Positions 28,523 through 42,507 of a stretch of DNA of 64,000 bases are shown here, one piece after another. The stretch is from NCBI GenBank assembly GCA_963796055.1, contig CAWCKH010000004.1, forward strand, positions 1,888,001 through 1,952,000, in the 5' to 3' direction. The notes beneath the pieces are model-generated. The model was not told the origin of the DNA and did no database searches. It saw only the letters and a program-made list of their open reading frames with translations. Origin of the DNA: an uncultured delta proteobacterium (GTDB lineage Bacteria; Myxococcota; Myxococcia; Myxococcales; Myxococcaceae). The position numbers and the translations under genes are program-made. The stretch's first letter is position 1, and each line of letters opens with the position of its first letter.

Positions 28523-29029
28523 CTACAGCGGAGTCAGACGTCCATAGGACCGGTTCTGATACACCAGCGCCCGGTCGGTGTCACCCGGGTGAACGGCTGT
28601 GACCTCGGCCAGGACCAGCAAGTGATCTCCGCGTTCCTGCCGCTCGACGATGCGGGCGCTGAACGCACCGGTGGTGCCGGCGAGCAGAGGCGTGCCGTGC
28701 GCGTCCAGGGTCCAGGGGAAGCGCTCCCACGCGTCCCCCCGGTCCCGGTGGTGGCGGGCAAAGGCGTGGCTGAGGTCGGCCTGGCTCTCCGAGAGGAGAT
28801 TCACCGCCAGGTGGTCCGCGTCCTCGATCAGGTCATCCGCCCCCGAGTCCCGCCCCACGCCCAGGGCGAGCAGTGGCGGCTCGAGCGAGAGCATCATGAA
28901 CGCCGTGGCGGTGAAGCCGTCCACCTCCGGCGCCTCCGGGGTGATGGCGGAGGGCCGCCGGCGCGCGGTCACCACGGTGACCGTGGCCGCCCAGGTGCGT
29001 GCGAGGGAGAGAAGGGCTTCCTTGTCCAC
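28523..29029 (-). CDS. Flavin reductase family protein
   Basis: VTVVT, GFTATAF..LSLEPPL, AVNLL, GDH. Confidence 0.88.
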   Translation of the reverse strand: MDKEALLSLARTWAATVTVVTARRRPSAITPEAPEVDGFTATAFMMLSLEPPLLALGVGRDSGADDLIEDADHLAVNLLSESQADLSHAFARHHRDRGDAWERFPWTLDAHGTPLLAGTTGAFSARIVERQERGDHLLVLAEVTAVHPGDTDRALVYQNRSYGRLTPL

Positions 29030-29096
29030 CTGGCGTCAGCTTCTAGCCGCCCACGTGGAGCTTGACGAGCGGTCCGCGAAGCGCTCTTCCAGTCCC

Positions 29097-29951
29097 ATGC
29101 GGCTCGCGAGCTGGATTCATCGGGGACGGGAAGGTTTTGGACAGGTGGTCGAGGGCGGGGTGGTGGACGCGGTGCCCCGCCTCGACGGGCGCTACCCCAC
29201 CTTGAGGGCGGCGCTGGCCTCGGGGGCGCTGGGCGAAGTGCGCCGGGCGACCGAGGGTGCCTCGGCCGATCACGGGCTGGAGGAGATCACCTGGCTGCCG
29301 CCCATCCCCCATCCGGAGAAGATCCTCTGCGTGGGCATCAACTACGTCGCCCACCGCGAGGAGACGGGCCGCAGCGAGACGGAGTTCCCCACGCTCTTCA
29401 CCCGCTTCGCCAACACCCAGGTGGGCCACGAGCAGCCGCTGGTCCGGCCCCGGGTCTCGACCGAGCTGGACTACGAGGCCGAGCTCGCGGTCATCGTCGG
29501 CAAGCCTGCGCGCCACGTGCGACGCGAGGACGCGCTGTCGTTCGTCGCTGGCTACTCCTGTTACCAGGACGCGACATTGCGGGACTGGCAGCGGCACACC
29601 AGCCAGTTCACCCCGGGGAAGAACTTCATCGGCACCGGGGGGTTCGGCCCGTGGATGGTGACCGCCGACGAGATTCCGGATCCCTCCCGGCTGACCGTGG
29701 TGGGCCGACTGAACAAGACCGAGATGCAGCGCGCCTCCACCGATCTGCTCATCTTCGACATCCCCGCGCTCATCGCGTACATCACCACCTTCACCGAGCT
29801 GGTCCCCGGGGACGTCATCTCCACCGGGACCCCGGGCGGGGTCGGCTCGAAGCGGCAGCCCCCGGTGTGGCTGAAGCCGGGCGACGTGTTCGAGGTGGAG
29901 ATCTCCAGCGTCGGCGTGCTCCGGAACACCGTCGTCGACGAGCCACGCTGA
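29097..29951 (+). CDS. Fumarylacetoacetate hydrolase family protein
   Basis: KILCVGINY, LDYEAELAV, GKNF, PGDVISTGTPGGVG. Confidence 0.93.
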   Translation: MRLASWIHRGREGFGQVVEGGVVDAVPRLDGRYPTLRAALASGALGEVRRATEGASADHGLEEITWLPPIPHPEKILCVGINYVAHREETGRSETEFPTLFTRFANTQVGHEQPLVRPRVSTELDYEAELAVIVGKPARHVRREDALSFVAGYSCYQDATLRDWQRHTSQFTPGKNFIGTGGFGPWMVTADEIPDPSRLTVVGRLNKTEMQRASTDLLIFDIPALIAYITTFTELVPGDVISTGTPGGVGSKRQPPVWLKPGDVFEVEISSVGVLRNTVVDEPR

Positions 29952-30105
29952 GCTGCGCGCCTGTGGAGGCGCGGGAGTTGCGAGCCCGGGTGGTGCGCGA
30001 CCTGCCTGTTGCGCCGCGACGCTCGGCTGACCCCCCCTGTGGACTCGCAACCCCCCGTGTCGTGGTGTGTTCCGGACGGATCGGGGGTTGCAAGGTTTCC
30101 GCGGC

Positions 30106-30864
30106 GTGAACAGCCGGATCGTCCTCCTCGGGACCGCCCAGGACTTCTTCCTCCAGCTGCTGGAGATGCTGGTGCCGGGCGGTGCCCGGGACCACGCGCT
30201 CGAGGCGGAGGAGGTGGGCCAGCCCGCCCCGCCACCCGAGGCCGCCCCGTTCGAGGTCTGGTTCGCGTACCGCGGAACCGACGGGCTCGACGAGATCCGC
30301 CGCCTCCGTCGCATCGGGGCCTACCCGGCCGTGGTGCTGATCGACCTCGCGGAGGAGCCGGAGGACGCCCTGGACATTGCCGGCCGGCTGCTGGTGGACG
30401 ATCCCCGCCTTCAGTGCGTCCTGGTGGCCCCCAACGCCGACGAGGTCTGGGACCTCGCCGCGGATGCCCTCGGCCACCGGGACCAGGTGGTGGTGCTCAA
30501 GCGTCCCTTCGACGGCGTGGAGGTCCGCGAGCTGGCCCACGTGCTGGTCCAGCGCTGGACCGAGATGGACCGGGTGCTGTCGCGCGCGGCCCGTCTGGTC
30601 CCTGGCGAGACCGCCATCGTCAAGGCCGGCCCCACACCCACCCTGACCCCTTCCGCCGGGGTGGAGGTGCTCCGGGACGCGTTCCGGGCCATCCACGGCC
30701 TGGTGGCCGCGCTGAGCGCGCGCTGCGAGCTGCTCGAGCCGGAGGCCCGGGCCGAGGCGCTGCAGCGGGTCAGCGCGGTCTCGGAGGCGGTGGACCACCT
30801 CCGCCGCGTCGAGCACCTGGTGGAGCCGAAGCCGGCCCCGGCCAAGCCTGCCGACGACGTCTGA
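30106..30864 (+). CDS. Degenerate receiver-like domain protein
   Basis: FEVWFAYRG.DGL...AVVLIDL...DPRLQCVLV...LKRPFDGVEVRELA resembles a receiver variant; start uncertain (30067 or 30106). Confidence 0.6.
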   Translation: MNSRIVLLGTAQDFFLQLLEMLVPGGARDHALEAEEVGQPAPPPEAAPFEVWFAYRGTDGLDEIRRLRRIGAYPAVVLIDLAEEPEDALDIAGRLLVDDPRLQCVLVAPNADEVWDLAADALGHRDQVVVLKRPFDGVEVRELAHVLVQRWTEMDRVLSRAARLVPGETAIVKAGPTPTLTPSAGVEVLRDAFRAIHGLVAALSARCELLEPEARAEALQRVSAVSEAVDHLRRVEHLVEPKPAPAKPADDV

Positions 30865-30873
30865 GGTGGCGGC

Positions 30874-31473
30874 TCACCACATGTAGCCGATGTACCCCTG
30901 CACGGTGATGCCGTTGAACTTGAAGTCCGTGATCGCCTGGTTCGGGTCCGTGGCGCTGGTCGCGGTGAAACCGGGGTTGAGCCAGAGATACTTCGCGTCG
31001 GCGCCGATCAGGAACTGGCCGAGGTAGAAGTCCACGCCGAACCCGCCCACGGCCTCGAAGGCCGCCTTGGTCTGATCTGCGCCCACGCCCTTGAGGGTGC
31101 TGATCGCCACGCCCGCTCCGCCCTCGAGGTAGGGGGCGACGAAGCCCAGCGGCAGCCGGAGCCGCCCGATGAGCAGGATCGGCCAGGCCTTGAAGTCGTA
31201 GTCGCTGGTGCCGGTGGTCAGGTACCCCACGTTGAGCTGCAGCCCGAAGATGCCCCAGTACCCGCCGAGCGCGCCGTCCACCTCGTACTTGGTCGGCCAC
31301 GTCTGCACCGACTCCCCGATCGCCGTGAACGGGTTGTTCGCGGTGGGGAAGTACGGCCCGAACTTCAGGGCAAAGTACGTGTTGTGTTCCTGGGCGGAGG
31401 CGACGGACGGCATGAGCGAGGCCGTGCTGACCCCCATCGTCACCAGGACCGCAAAGAGCGACTTCGAGTTCAT
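30874..31473 (-). CDS. Outer membrane beta-barrel protein
   Basis: Signal peptide (ASA-QE), alternating strands, PYLEGGAG, C-terminal YIGYMW. Confidence 0.8.
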   Translation of the reverse strand: MNSKSLFAVLVTMGVSTASLMPSVASAQEHNTYFALKFGPYFPTANNPFTAIGESVQTWPTKYEVDGALGGYWGIFGLQLNVGYLTTGTSDYDFKAWPILLIGRLRLPLGFVAPYLEGGAGVAISTLKGVGADQTKAAFEAVGGFGVDFYLGQFLIGADAKYLWLNPGFTATSATDPNQAITDFKFNGITVQGYIGYMW

Positions 31474-31652
31474 CGATGACCCCTTCGGATGGTTCCGGCC
31501 GGGGCTCGCTTTCGCGCAGGGCCCCCCGGCTCGCAAGGAAAACCATCGTTGGTGGTCACGGCAACCGGTGGGCTGGCCGGAGCCACGGCGGCAGCGCGCT
31601 CACCGTGCAGGAATGCGCGAGGATTTGCGTGGGGTTAATTCCCGGACTCTCC

Positions 31653-36280
<4,628 letters not shown>

Positions 36281-36288
<8 letters not shown>

Positions 36289-36598
36289 GGGCGACACCTT
36301 CTTCCGGGCGGCCCGCACGCTGCATCGTGCGCTCGCGGGCAAGCCGGTGGTGCGCTTCGAGACGGTGCTGCCCCAGCTGTCGCGGGTGGACGACGACGCC
36401 CCCATCGCCGGGCGCACCGTGGAGCGGGTGCGCAGCGTGTTCAAGAGCGAGGTCTGCTTCGCCGAGCGGGTGCACCCCTTCACCCCGGGGCTGCGGCGGA
36501 CGACGCACCGGGGCGACCCCTCGGCGCGGCTGTGGGTCTACGGGCGAGACCGGCCCAGCGTCCACGCGAGCGAGGCTTTCCGCAGTCAGTCGCCCTGA
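36281..36598 (+). pseudogene. nei: Internally deleted Fpg/Nei DNA glycosylase (mini-Nei)
   Basis: MPEGDT N-terminus joined directly to FKSEVCF...VHPF and GLRRTT...LWVYGR; middle domain and zinc finger absent; overlaps the lhr end. Confidence 0.8.
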
Positions 36599-36652
36599 CC
36601 GCATCGGCTCCAGAAAGAACCACGCACAAGCACAAAGGGACGATTTGCGTCC

Positions 36653-36998
36653 GCGCGGGTTCCCAGGTTGCACTCGCGAACCCGAATCGGCCGGTCGCCA
36701 GGGGAGGGGGGTCCGGGCACCCGCCGGGGCGTCCGAATTTGGTTCGCAGCTTCAACGTGGGAACCCGCGCGCCGCCAGCGCGCGCCCCGAGCCCCGGGGG
36801 CGAGCGACTGGGGAGGCTGGACACCGGGTCTCGCACCGGACGGCTGCTGCGCTGGTTCCCAGGTTGAACAAGGGAACCCGAACCGGACGCTCTGGCGAGA
36901 CCGCACCCCCCCTCGCCCCCGAGCGTCCGGAAAAGGTTCGCATCGACGAGGGAACCCGAACTGGCGGGATTTGGTAACGCTCGTCAAATGCGAACCCG
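36653..36998. repeat. Cluster of five alternating-orientation palindromic repeats (REP/BIME-like)
   Basis: 36653-36693(+), 36730-36770(-), 36849-36889(+), ~36921-36958(-), ~36973-36998(+, degenerate); core GGTTCCC-N~9-12-G(C/G)GAACC-N4-5-CGG(A/C)CG; hand alignment to unit 1: unit 2 32/41, unit 3 34/41. Confidence 0.8.
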
Positions 36999-37302
36999 GG
37001 CGGGCGGCGTCACCGGAACGGCGCGCGAATTCCCGAGGCAGCCGGTGCCGGAGCCATCCGAATTCGTCGAGGGTCCGGGCACGTCGCCGGCACGAGCTTG
37101 CGCCGGACTTTCTCCGCCGCGGCGCTCGTCACCTCGATCCCCCTCTTGCTCCCCGGCATCCCCGCGCGCGGTCGCCGTCCCTTCACCGTGACAACCTGCC
37201 GCGGCGGTGATCCGGGCCAGGCAGGTCTCGGCAGGGTGACCGCGCCACCGGTCTCTTGCGTCCGCCCCGGGCAGTCTTCTCCATCGGTGGCTCGAACCGT
37301 TC

Positions 37303-38697
37303 TCAGGGTCCCCGCAGCGCGGTGGGCGGCTCGAACAGCGCCTTCCGCTTGGCGGCGATGGCGCCGTGCATCGAGGCATGCCACTGCGCCGGTGGCAGCT
37401 CGTTCACCAGCTTCTCCGCCCGGGCCAAGGTCACCCGCGCGGCGTGCGAGTCCCCCACCCGCGCCTCGGCCTCGGCCCGGACGAGCAGGACCTGGAGCGT
37501 CCGGGGGCCGTAGACCAGCGACGAGGCGCGCCGGGCCTCCTCCAGCGCCTTCCACGGCTCGCGCATCGCGAGGTACGCCACCGCCAGCCGGGCGGGCGGG
37601 TTGTAGTCCTTCGGGAAGTCTCGGGCGCTCTGCTCGAGCACCGGGATGGCCCGCTCGGGCTCGCCCAGCGCGAGATAGGCCGAGAGCCGGTGCGAATCGA
37701 AGACCGCGCGGGCCTCGGGGGTGGTGGCCCGTGCCGCCTCCTGCTCGAGGAACGCCGTCCACCGGAGCGCGGTGGCGTGGGCGCCGGCGAGGTCACCCCG
37801 GGCGCGGCGGGCGACCTCCTCGGTCTCGAAGAGGCTCGAACGGTCGTCGGGCATGAGCACCACCGACAGGTCCCGGGCCAGGATCGCCACCCGGTCCTCC
37901 AGAGCCCCCAGCGCCGCCCTTCGCCGTGGGTCGTCCTCCTCCAGCTCGAGCGCGCAGGAGAGCCCGGTGGCCACCAGGGTGGCGAGCGCGGTGCCCGGCG
38001 CGACGTGCGACAGCTCCTCGCCAGCGAGCTGGACGCAGCCGGCCGGGTTGCCATCCTGCGCCAGCCGCTGCACCAGTCCCTGGACGGCCTGCCCACGGTC
38101 GAGCGAGCGCGGCGCCGACGCCGCCAGCGCCTCGCGGTAGGCCTCGGTGGCCGCGGCGTGGTCTCCGGTGGCGTCGGCGGCGCTCGCCCGGGCCAGCGCC
38201 GCCTGGGCAGGGGTGCCGGGAGCGGCGGGGGTCAGCGCCAGCGCGGTCGCGCGGAGGCGGGCCGCGAGCTCCACCACCGTGGCGCTCCCCACCCAGCGGC
38301 GGAAGGCCTGCCCGGTGCGCGGGTCGATCACCATCAAGGTGGGCAGCGCCTCGGTCGGGAACTGCTCCACGAAGGCTCGGTTGAGCGGCTTCTCGGTATC
38401 CACCTCCAGCCAGACGTACCGGTCCGCGACGGGAGAGAGCACGCCGTCGGGAAAGACGTACGACTTCATGCTCACGCAGCTGTGGCACCAGGGCGCCCAG
38501 GCGTCGACGAACAGCGGCTTGCCCTCGGCCCGGGCCCGGGCCAGCGCGCCCGGGAAGTCGTCGGAGATGAACCGGATGCCGCTGCCCGGCTCGCCGCCCA
38601 CTCCCCCGTGCGCGCACGATGCCAGCGCCAGACCGAGGAGGAGGAGAGCGAGAGCCGGGAGTCGCGGCGCCGAGATGGAGAAGGCCCGGCGCCGCAT
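37303..38697 (-). CDS. Thioredoxin-domain/TPR-like lipoprotein
   Basis: Lipobox LALASC, WAPWCHSC, ALPT cis-Pro loop, helical repeat C-terminus. Confidence 0.8.
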   Translation of the reverse strand: MRRRAFSISAPRLPALALLLLGLALASCAHGGVGGEPGSGIRFISDDFPGALARARAEGKPLFVDAWAPWCHSCVSMKSYVFPDGVLSPVADRYVWLEVDTEKPLNRAFVEQFPTEALPTLMVIDPRTGQAFRRWVGSATVVELAARLRATALALTPAAPGTPAQAALARASAADATGDHAAATEAYREALAASAPRSLDRGQAVQGLVQRLAQDGNPAGCVQLAGEELSHVAPGTALATLVATGLSCALELEEDDPRRRAALGALEDRVAILARDLSVVLMPDDRSSLFETEEVARRARGDLAGAHATALRWTAFLEQEAARATTPEARAVFDSHRLSAYLALGEPERAIPVLEQSARDFPKDYNPPARLAVAYLAMREPWKALEEARRASSLVYGPRTLQVLLVRAEAEARVGDSHAARVTLARAEKLVNELPPAQWHASMHGAIAAKRKALFEPPTALRGP

Positions 38698-38699
38698 CG

Positions 38700-39155
38700 T
38701 CAATGCTCTCCGGCTCTTCCGGAGCTCGGCCCCGGACCGTCCGAGGTGCCCTGGGGAATGTCGGTCATCCCGGGTGGCATCCCGGTGGGCATCATCTTCT
38801 GGTCGACCTTGGGCATGGGCGGGATCCGGGAGTTGGAGAGCGGGAACCGGGTCTCGACGTCGGCGATGACGAAGAACATCAGCACCAGCAGGAACACGAA
38901 GGAGGTGACGAAGACGATGCGGTCGACGCCCTCTCCGTGCCAGAGGTGCATGAAGATCAGCACCACCAGGGTCACCTTGACGGTGGAGATGCAGAGCGCC
39001 GCCGCCAGATGCCCTCCGGGCGACATGTGCAGCTGGGAGAAGCCGAAGGTGGCGAAGGTCAGCCCGCAGAGGATGAGCCAGTTGAGGACCAGCCTGCCGG
39101 GGCCCGTCTCGTGCTTGGGGTGTGCCGCCGCGGCGGCTGGAGTGGTCGAGGCCAT
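38700..39155 (-). CDS. Cytochrome c oxidase subunit IV family
   Basis: Three TM helices, KVTLVVLIFMHL; operon position. Confidence 0.85.
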   Translation of the reverse strand: MASTTPAAAAAHPKHETGPGRLVLNWLILCGLTFATFGFSQLHMSPGGHLAAALCISTVKVTLVVLIFMHLWHGEGVDRIVFVTSFVFLLVLMFFVIADVETRFPLSNSRIPPMPKVDQKMMPTGMPPGMTDIPQGTSDGPGPSSGRAGEH

Positions 39156-39159
39156 GGGG

Positions 39160-39831
39160 TCAGACCAGGTAGAGCAGCGGGTAGAGGAAGATCCAGACCA
39201 GGTCCACCAGGTGCCAGTAGAGCCCGGCGTTCTCCACCGGGGCGTAGTAGGTCGGTGAGAACTCCTTCCTCCAGCAGCGGATGGCGACCCAGGTGAGCAG
39301 GCTCATCCCCACGATCACGTGCAGGGCGTGCAGCCCGGTGGAGAAGAAGTAGACCACGTAGAACATCGGCCCGCCGGGGGCGGTGACCTCCGAGAAGCTG
39401 AAGAACTTCCCGGGCAGGGCGCCCTCGTGGAACTTCTCGGTGTACTCGACGGCCTTGATCCCGAGGAATCCGGCCCCCATCGCCACCGAGGCCATCAGGA
39501 GCCAGAAGGCGTTGCGGTTCTTGCCGTGCTCGGCGTTGTAGTGCGCGAGCGCGACGGTGAGGCTGGAGGTCAAGAGAAGCAGCGTGTTCGCCGTCCCCAG
39601 GATGACGCTGAGGTGGCGCGCCGACTGCTCGAACGCCTCTGGGAAATAGCTCCGGAAGACGAAGTAGCCGACGAAGATGCCCGCGAAGAGGAGCACCTCG
39701 GTCCCCAGGAACAGCCACATCCCGAAGCGCAGCGCGCTCTGGTGGTTCTCGATGGTGTCGTAGTGATGCGGAAGTGGAGGCGGCTCCTGCCACCCCTCCG
39801 AAGTCATCTTCCGCGCCGCGCTAGCTTGCAT
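39160..39831 (-). CDS. coxC: Cytochrome c oxidase subunit III
   Basis: GMWLFLGTEVLLF, TGLHALHV, LYWHLVDLVWIFLYPLLYL. Confidence 0.95.
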   Translation of the reverse strand: MQASAARKMTSEGWQEPPPLPHHYDTIENHQSALRFGMWLFLGTEVLLFAGIFVGYFVFRSYFPEAFEQSARHLSVILGTANTLLLLTSSLTVALAHYNAEHGKNRNAFWLLMASVAMGAGFLGIKAVEYTEKFHEGALPGKFFSFSEVTAPGGPMFYVVYFFSTGLHALHVIVGMSLLTWVAIRCWRKEFSPTYYAPVENAGLYWHLVDLVWIFLYPLLYLV

Positions 39832-41482
39832 GACCCACCTTGGCGAGCTCCTCCGGGACGTCGTGGTACTCGTGAGGTCCCCGGGTGAAGACCGGGACCG
39901 AGTCGAAGTTCTCGGTGGGAGGCGGCGAGGGCACGTCCCACTCGTAGCCGCGGCTGCCCCACGGGTTCCGTCCGGCCACCTCGCCGTACTTCAGGGCGAT
40001 GGCCAGGTAGATGGCGATGATGATGAACCCGAAGGCGAGCAGCGAGGCGCCGGCGGTGGAGGCCACGTTCAGCGCGGTGAAGCGCTCCGGGTACTCGTAG
40101 TACCGCCGCGGCATCCCCGCGTTCCCCAGGAGGAACTGGGGGATGAAGGTGGCGTTGAAGCCGAGGACGATGAGCCCGGCGGCGAGCAGCGCCCAGCTCT
40201 CCGGGTACTTCCGCCCGAACATCTTCGGGAACCAGTAGTGGAGCCCGGCGAGGAACCCCATGATCACCGCCCCCACCATGATGAAGTGGAAGTGGGCGAC
40301 GACGAAGTAGGTGTCCTGCCAGTGCACGTCGAGCGAGACGGTGGCCAGCGCGACGCCGGTCATCCCGCCGAACACCAGGAAGAAGAGGAAGCCGCAGATG
40401 TAGGCGAAGGGGGCGGTGAAGGCGATCGAGCCCTTGTACAGGGTGGCCACCCAGTTGAAGACCTTGATCGCGGTGAACACCCCCACCAGCATCGAGATGG
40501 CGGCGAAGGCCCCGGCGTCGAAGGCGCTCTGGCCCGAGGTGAAGAGGTGATGGCCCCAGGCGAAGAAGCCCACGAAGGCGATGCCCAGTGAGCTCATGGC
40601 GATCATCTTGTAGCCGAAGATGTTCTTCCGGGCGTAGGCGCAGATGGTCTCGCTGATCACGCCCATCGCCGGCAGCACCATGATGTACACCGCCGGGTGG
40701 CTGTAGAACCAGAACAGGTGCTGGAAGAGGATCGGGTCACCTCCGCGGGCGGGGTCGAAGAAGCCGAAGCCGAAGGTGTGCTCGGCGGCGACCAGCAGGG
40801 TGGTGAGCCCCAGCACCGGAGTGGCCAGCACCTGGATGATGCTGGTGGCGTAGATGGCCCAGACGAAGAGGGGCATCTTGAACCAGGTCACGCCCGGGGC
40901 GCGCAGGGTGTGGATGGTGACGATGAAGTTCAGCCCGGTGAGGATCGAGCTGAATCCAATGACGAACACCCCCAGCATCACCGGGGCGATGTTGGTGGTG
41001 GTGGTGGTGCTGTACGGCGCGTAGAAGGTCCAGCCGGTGTCCGCGCCCCCGGTGATCAGCCCCCAGAGCATCAGCGCCGAGCCCGCGAGGTAGACGTAGT
41101 ACGAGGTCAGGTTCCACTTGGGGAACGCCACGTCCTTCGCCCCGAGCATGATCGGAAGGAAGAAGTTTCCGAACACGCCCGGGATGGCGGGGATCATGAA
41201 CATGAAGATCATGATCAGCCCGTGGAGGGTGAACATCCGGTTGTAGGTCAGCGCCTCGATGATCGTCGGCCCCGGGGTGAGCAGCTCGAGCCGGATGACC
41301 ATGGCGAAGATGCCGCCCAGGAAGAGGGCGATCAGCGTCCCCACCAGGTACATGATGGCGATGCGCTTGTGGTCGTGGGTGAGCAGCCAGGAGCGGATGG
41401 TGGTGCCGTCGTTGAGGTAGCTCTTCTTGGGGAGCTCCGCGCCCGCGGGCGACTGAGCAGCGGTGGTGATCGGCGCGGTCAT
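39821..41482 (-). CDS. coxA: Cytochrome c oxidase subunit I, A2 type
   Basis: DHKRI, GWTFY, WFYSHPAVY, WGHH, VAHFH, GMPRRY. Confidence 0.97.
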   Translation of the reverse strand: MTAPITTAAQSPAGAELPKKSYLNDGTTIRSWLLTHDHKRIAIMYLVGTLIALFLGGIFAMVIRLELLTPGPTIIEALTYNRMFTLHGLIMIFMFMIPAIPGVFGNFFLPIMLGAKDVAFPKWNLTSYYVYLAGSALMLWGLITGGADTGWTFYAPYSTTTTTNIAPVMLGVFVIGFSSILTGLNFIVTIHTLRAPGVTWFKMPLFVWAIYATSIIQVLATPVLGLTTLLVAAEHTFGFGFFDPARGGDPILFQHLFWFYSHPAVYIMVLPAMGVISETICAYARKNIFGYKMIAMSSLGIAFVGFFAWGHHLFTSGQSAFDAGAFAAISMLVGVFTAIKVFNWVATLYKGSIAFTAPFAYICGFLFFLVFGGMTGVALATVSLDVHWQDTYFVVAHFHFIMVGAVIMGFLAGLHYWFPKMFGRKYPESWALLAAGLIVLGFNATFIPQFLLGNAGMPRRYYEYPERFTALNVASTAGASLLAFGFIIIAIYLAIALKYGEVAGRNPWGSRGYEWDVPSPPPTENFDSVPVFTRGPHEYHDVPEELAKVGHAS

Positions 41483-42507
41483 TCCTCACCTCCGATGGCC
41501 TGCACGGTGCGGTCGGACCGGAGGCTCTTGATGAACTCCACGATGGCAGCCGTCTCGGCGCCGCTGAGCTTCCCCTGGTAGTTGGGCATGATCGGCTGGT
41601 ACCCGGCGACGACCTTCACCGTGGGCTCCATCATCGACTCGGTGAGGTAGGCCTCGTCGGCGATGATCTCCCGGCCGTCGGCCAGCTTTATTTGTTGTTG
41701 GTAGAGGTCCACCCAGCTGGGGCCGTTGGCGGGCTCGGGGCTGTCCACGTTGTGGCAGCGGAGGCAGCCCTTGAACATGGCCACCTGCTTGCCCCACTGG
41801 GTCAGGCTGCCCTGGGGCGTGACCTGAGTCTCGTCCGCCAGCACGTCCTGGCGGGCCACCAGGCCGCGCTGCTGCTCCTTGATCCACTCGTCGAAGGCCT
41901 CGGGGGCCATCACCACGACCTCGCCCCACATCTTGCTGTGCTGGGCGCCACAGTACTCGGTACAGAGAATCTGGTACCGCCCCGTCTTGGTGGCGGTGAA
42001 CCAGGTCTCGGTGTAGCGGCCCGGCAGCGCGTCCATCTTCACCCGGAAGGCGGGGACGAAGAACGAGTGGTTGACGTCGCGGGAGGTGATCAGCAACCGC
42101 ACCGGGCGGTTGGCCGGGACGTGGAGCACGCCGATGGCGTTCGGTCCCTCGGGGTAGGCGAACTTCCACATCCACTGCTTGGCCATCACGTAGACGTCCA
42201 TCGCCTCCGCAGGGGGCGAGGAGAGCTTCACGAAGTCGCGGAAGCCGATGGCGAACCACACCAGGAAGAACGCCAGCGGCACGCTGATCGCCAGCACCTC
42301 GAACATCGGGGTGGGGGAAACGAACGGCGTGGCCTCGTTCTCGCGCCGCCGCCGGTACTTCCAGAAGAAGGCGATGGCGGTGAGCCCCACCGCCAGGCTG
42401 GAGACCATCGTGACGGTGATCACGAAGTAGTGGAGATTGTCGACGTCCTGGGCGAACGTCGAGGCCTGCTCGGGCAGGAACAGCAGGCGCCTCATGAGCT
42501 CGTTCAT
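41479..42507 (-). CDS. coxB: Cytochrome c oxidase subunit II with C-terminal cytochrome c (caa3)
   Basis: DVNHSF, CTEYCGAQHSKM CuA site, CLRCH heme motif. Confidence 0.95.
   Translation of the reverse strand: MNELMRRLLFLPEQASTFAQDVDNLHYFVITVTMVSSLAVGLTAIAFFWKYRRRRENEATPFVSPTPMFEVLAISVPLAFFLVWFAIGFRDFVKLSSPPAEAMDVYVMAKQWMWKFAYPEGPNAIGVLHVPANRPVRLLITSRDVNHSFFVPAFRVKMDALPGRYTETWFTATKTGRYQILCTEYCGAQHSKMWGEVVVMAPEAFDEWIKEQQRGLVARQDVLADETQVTPQGSLTQWGKQVAMFKGCLRCHNVDSPEPANGPSWVDLYQQQIKLADGREIIADEAYLTESMMEPTVKVVAGYQPIMPNYQGKLSGAETAAIVEFIKSLRSDRTVQAIGGEE

Noticed and set aside
36653..36998. Repeat cluster as a CRISPR array or integron attC array
   Set aside because: Units alternate orientation, are only ~80% identical and irregularly spaced; no cas or integrase gene and no cassette ORFs
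37088..37101. Sigma54 promoter-like CGGCACGAGCTTGC
   Set aside because: GG-to-GC spacing is 9 nt rather than the required 10, and no gene follows on that strand
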